In this document: positions 32,565 through 33,685 of the stretch, in pieces
How positions within the stretch are numbered: position 1 is the first letter of the stretch
Layout: each line of letters opens with the position of its first letter
Virus record (IMG/VR): IMGVR_UViG_3300032290_000684
Span: 1 to 33,685 of that record
Reading direction: 5' to 3' (one strand)
DNA length: 33,685 nucleotides
Source: a virus
Lineage: Duplodnaviria > Caudoviricetes
Notes under the pieces: generated by a model
Told to the model about the DNA's origin: nothing
What the model saw: only the letters and a program-made list of their open reading frames with translations
The model's database searches: none
Translations under genes and position numbers: made by a program

Positions 32565-33470
32565 ATGGCTAAGTTAAGCAAGAGGGAAATAAAGGAAGGA
32601 TTACAGGAGATCCCAATAGAGCAGATACTGCTAGGATCAGCCAATTCTAGAGAACTCACCCATAAACAAAAGACATTCGCCAAACAGGTCGCACTCGGTA
32701 AACCTAAGACTGAGGCTTATAGAATCGCCTACGATACAAAGGGAAAGAAATCCACTCAAGCCGTGAATGCTCATAAGGTGGCAAACAACGAGAATGTAAA
32801 ACTAATGATAGAGGCTTACTCAAGGGCTTTTGAGGCGAGGGAATACCAAAAACCCGAAAGATTAAGGGAACTTGTAATCCATCAATTGACGGAGATGGCA
32901 CTCAATCCCGAAGTAAAAGACGCCCAACGGATCAAATCCCTAGAACTCTTGGGAAAGGTGTCAGAGGTCGGTGCATTTACTGAACGGAAAGAAACACGGG
33001 TTATACACGAATCAAGCAAGATCAAGGAAAGACTAATAGAGCAGTTAAAGACAATCATCAATGTAGACGCCTCAGAGATAGACGAAGGCGAGAGTTTGCT
33101 CAGGGAATTATCAGGTTCAGATCTAAACGATTCAGAACCGCAAACCGAAGACCCCACCACCACCCGACCCCCCGATATTGACCACGCCGAACAGGGAACT
33201 GTAATACATAGTATTCCACACATCCAATCCGCTGCTTCTGACGTCTCTCCTGACGCTACTGATGAAAAAACGCCTCTGCAACCTACTGATTCTGAAGAAG
33301 AAAAAAGTGAAGTGGAAACGTTTCCACCTACCAAGTCGCAAGACGAGGGAGCGAATCCACCCCCAAGCAATGTAGAAAAAGAAGGGGTGGGGGTTACAAA
33401 TAATTGGGAAGAAGGAAAGAGTGAGAATATAGAAACACCCCCCCATGCAAATTGGAAAGAAAAGGGGTAG
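32565..33470 (+). CDS. Terminase small subunit-like protein with a long disordered acidic tail
   Basis: LTHKQKTFA..VA.G....EAYRIAY HTH and RIKSLELLGK...VGAFTERKE, typical of TerS; the last ~110 aa are low-complexity. Confidence 0.75.
   Translation: MAKLSKREIKEGLQEIPIEQILLGSANSRELTHKQKTFAKQVALGKPKTEAYRIAYDTKGKKSTQAVNAHKVANNENVKLMIEAYSRAFEAREYQKPERLRELVIHQLTEMALNPEVKDAQRIKSLELLGKVSEVGAFTERKETRVIHESSKIKERLIEQLKTIINVDASEIDEGESLLRELSGSDLNDSEPQTEDPTTTRPPDIDHAEQGTVIHSIPHIQSAASDVSPDATDEKTPLQPTDSEEEKSEVETFPPTKSQDEGANPPPSNVEKEGVGVTNNWEEGKSENIETPPHANWKEKG
33312..33327. repeat. 16-bp palindrome GTGGAAACGTTTCCAC, copy 4
   Basis: Perfect, inside the terminase small subunit tail, in a different reading frame (VETFP). 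Confidence 0.95.
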
Positions 33471-33481
33471 GGGGTATATAT

Positions 33482-33658
33482 ATGGGAAAAGAGGAGTTGG
33501 CTATACAGACTCTTAAGTATCTTCTTAGGAATGATAAGGATGCCCTGCTCCGTGTTATGACGTCAATCAAGCGGGCGATATGGGAGGAGGAGTCTAAGGC
33601 TTTGGCAGATAGGACAATCGGGCGGGTCAAGGACAAAGGTTGGGAGCCAGGACTATGA
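33482..33658 (+). CDS. Hypothetical protein
   Basis: MGKEELAIQ.. start at 33482 after a G-rich RBS. Confidence 0.55.
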   Translation: MGKEELAIQTLKYLLRNDKDALLRVMTSIKRAIWEEESKALADRTIGRVKDKGWEPGL

Positions 33659-33685
33659 CGCCCAGACAACAGGACATCTATCTGG
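33655..33685 (+). CDS. 5' fragment of a possible LexA-like winged-helix protein
   Basis: ATGA-coupled MTPRQQDIYL resembles the LT.RQ.EI start of LexA DNA-binding domains; only 10 codons visible. Confidence 0.4.
   Translation, partial: MTPRQQDIYL

Noticed and set aside
32882-33669. Long minus-strand ORFs opposite the terminase small subunit
   Set aside because: Antisense shadows of a low-complexity region.
1-33685. tRNA, rRNA, IS or integrase genes
   Set aside because: None recognised by eye; tRNAscan-SE and profile searches would be needed to exclude them formally.

Overview
This window is most of a tailed dsDNA phage genome (podovirus-like; by gene content it resembles uncultured freshwater Caudoviricetes, host probably a proteobacterium, which is inference). 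It has five blocks: (1) 1-14366 (+) endolysin, tail stabilisation protein, three internal/ejection-type virion proteins and a 2509-aa polyvalent protein; (2) 14338-20864 (-) a tightly coupled operon with a Ref-like nuclease, many mini-genes, an ERF annealase and a Cas4-like nuclease; (3) 20960-25532 (+) a resolvase-like nuclease, a structured non-coding region, and sigma70-r4 HTH, ParB-like, SF2 helicase and TOPRIM primase genes; (4) 25522-32290 (-) an early-type array of small genes; (5) 32565-end (+) a terminase small subunit. The strongest unexplained signals are a 16-bp perfect palindrome GTGGAAACGTTTCCAC dispersed through the genome, mostly inside genes and in two reading frames, alongside a ParB-like protein with no ParA in the window (candidate phage ParB/parS-like system); a C4/CI-type antisense RNA whose target module recurs 1.6 kb downstream at the helicase RBS, followed by a second ~180-nt structured element; and a mini-gene array built from shared DNA modules. 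All protein calls come from motif recognition by eye; no database search was run.
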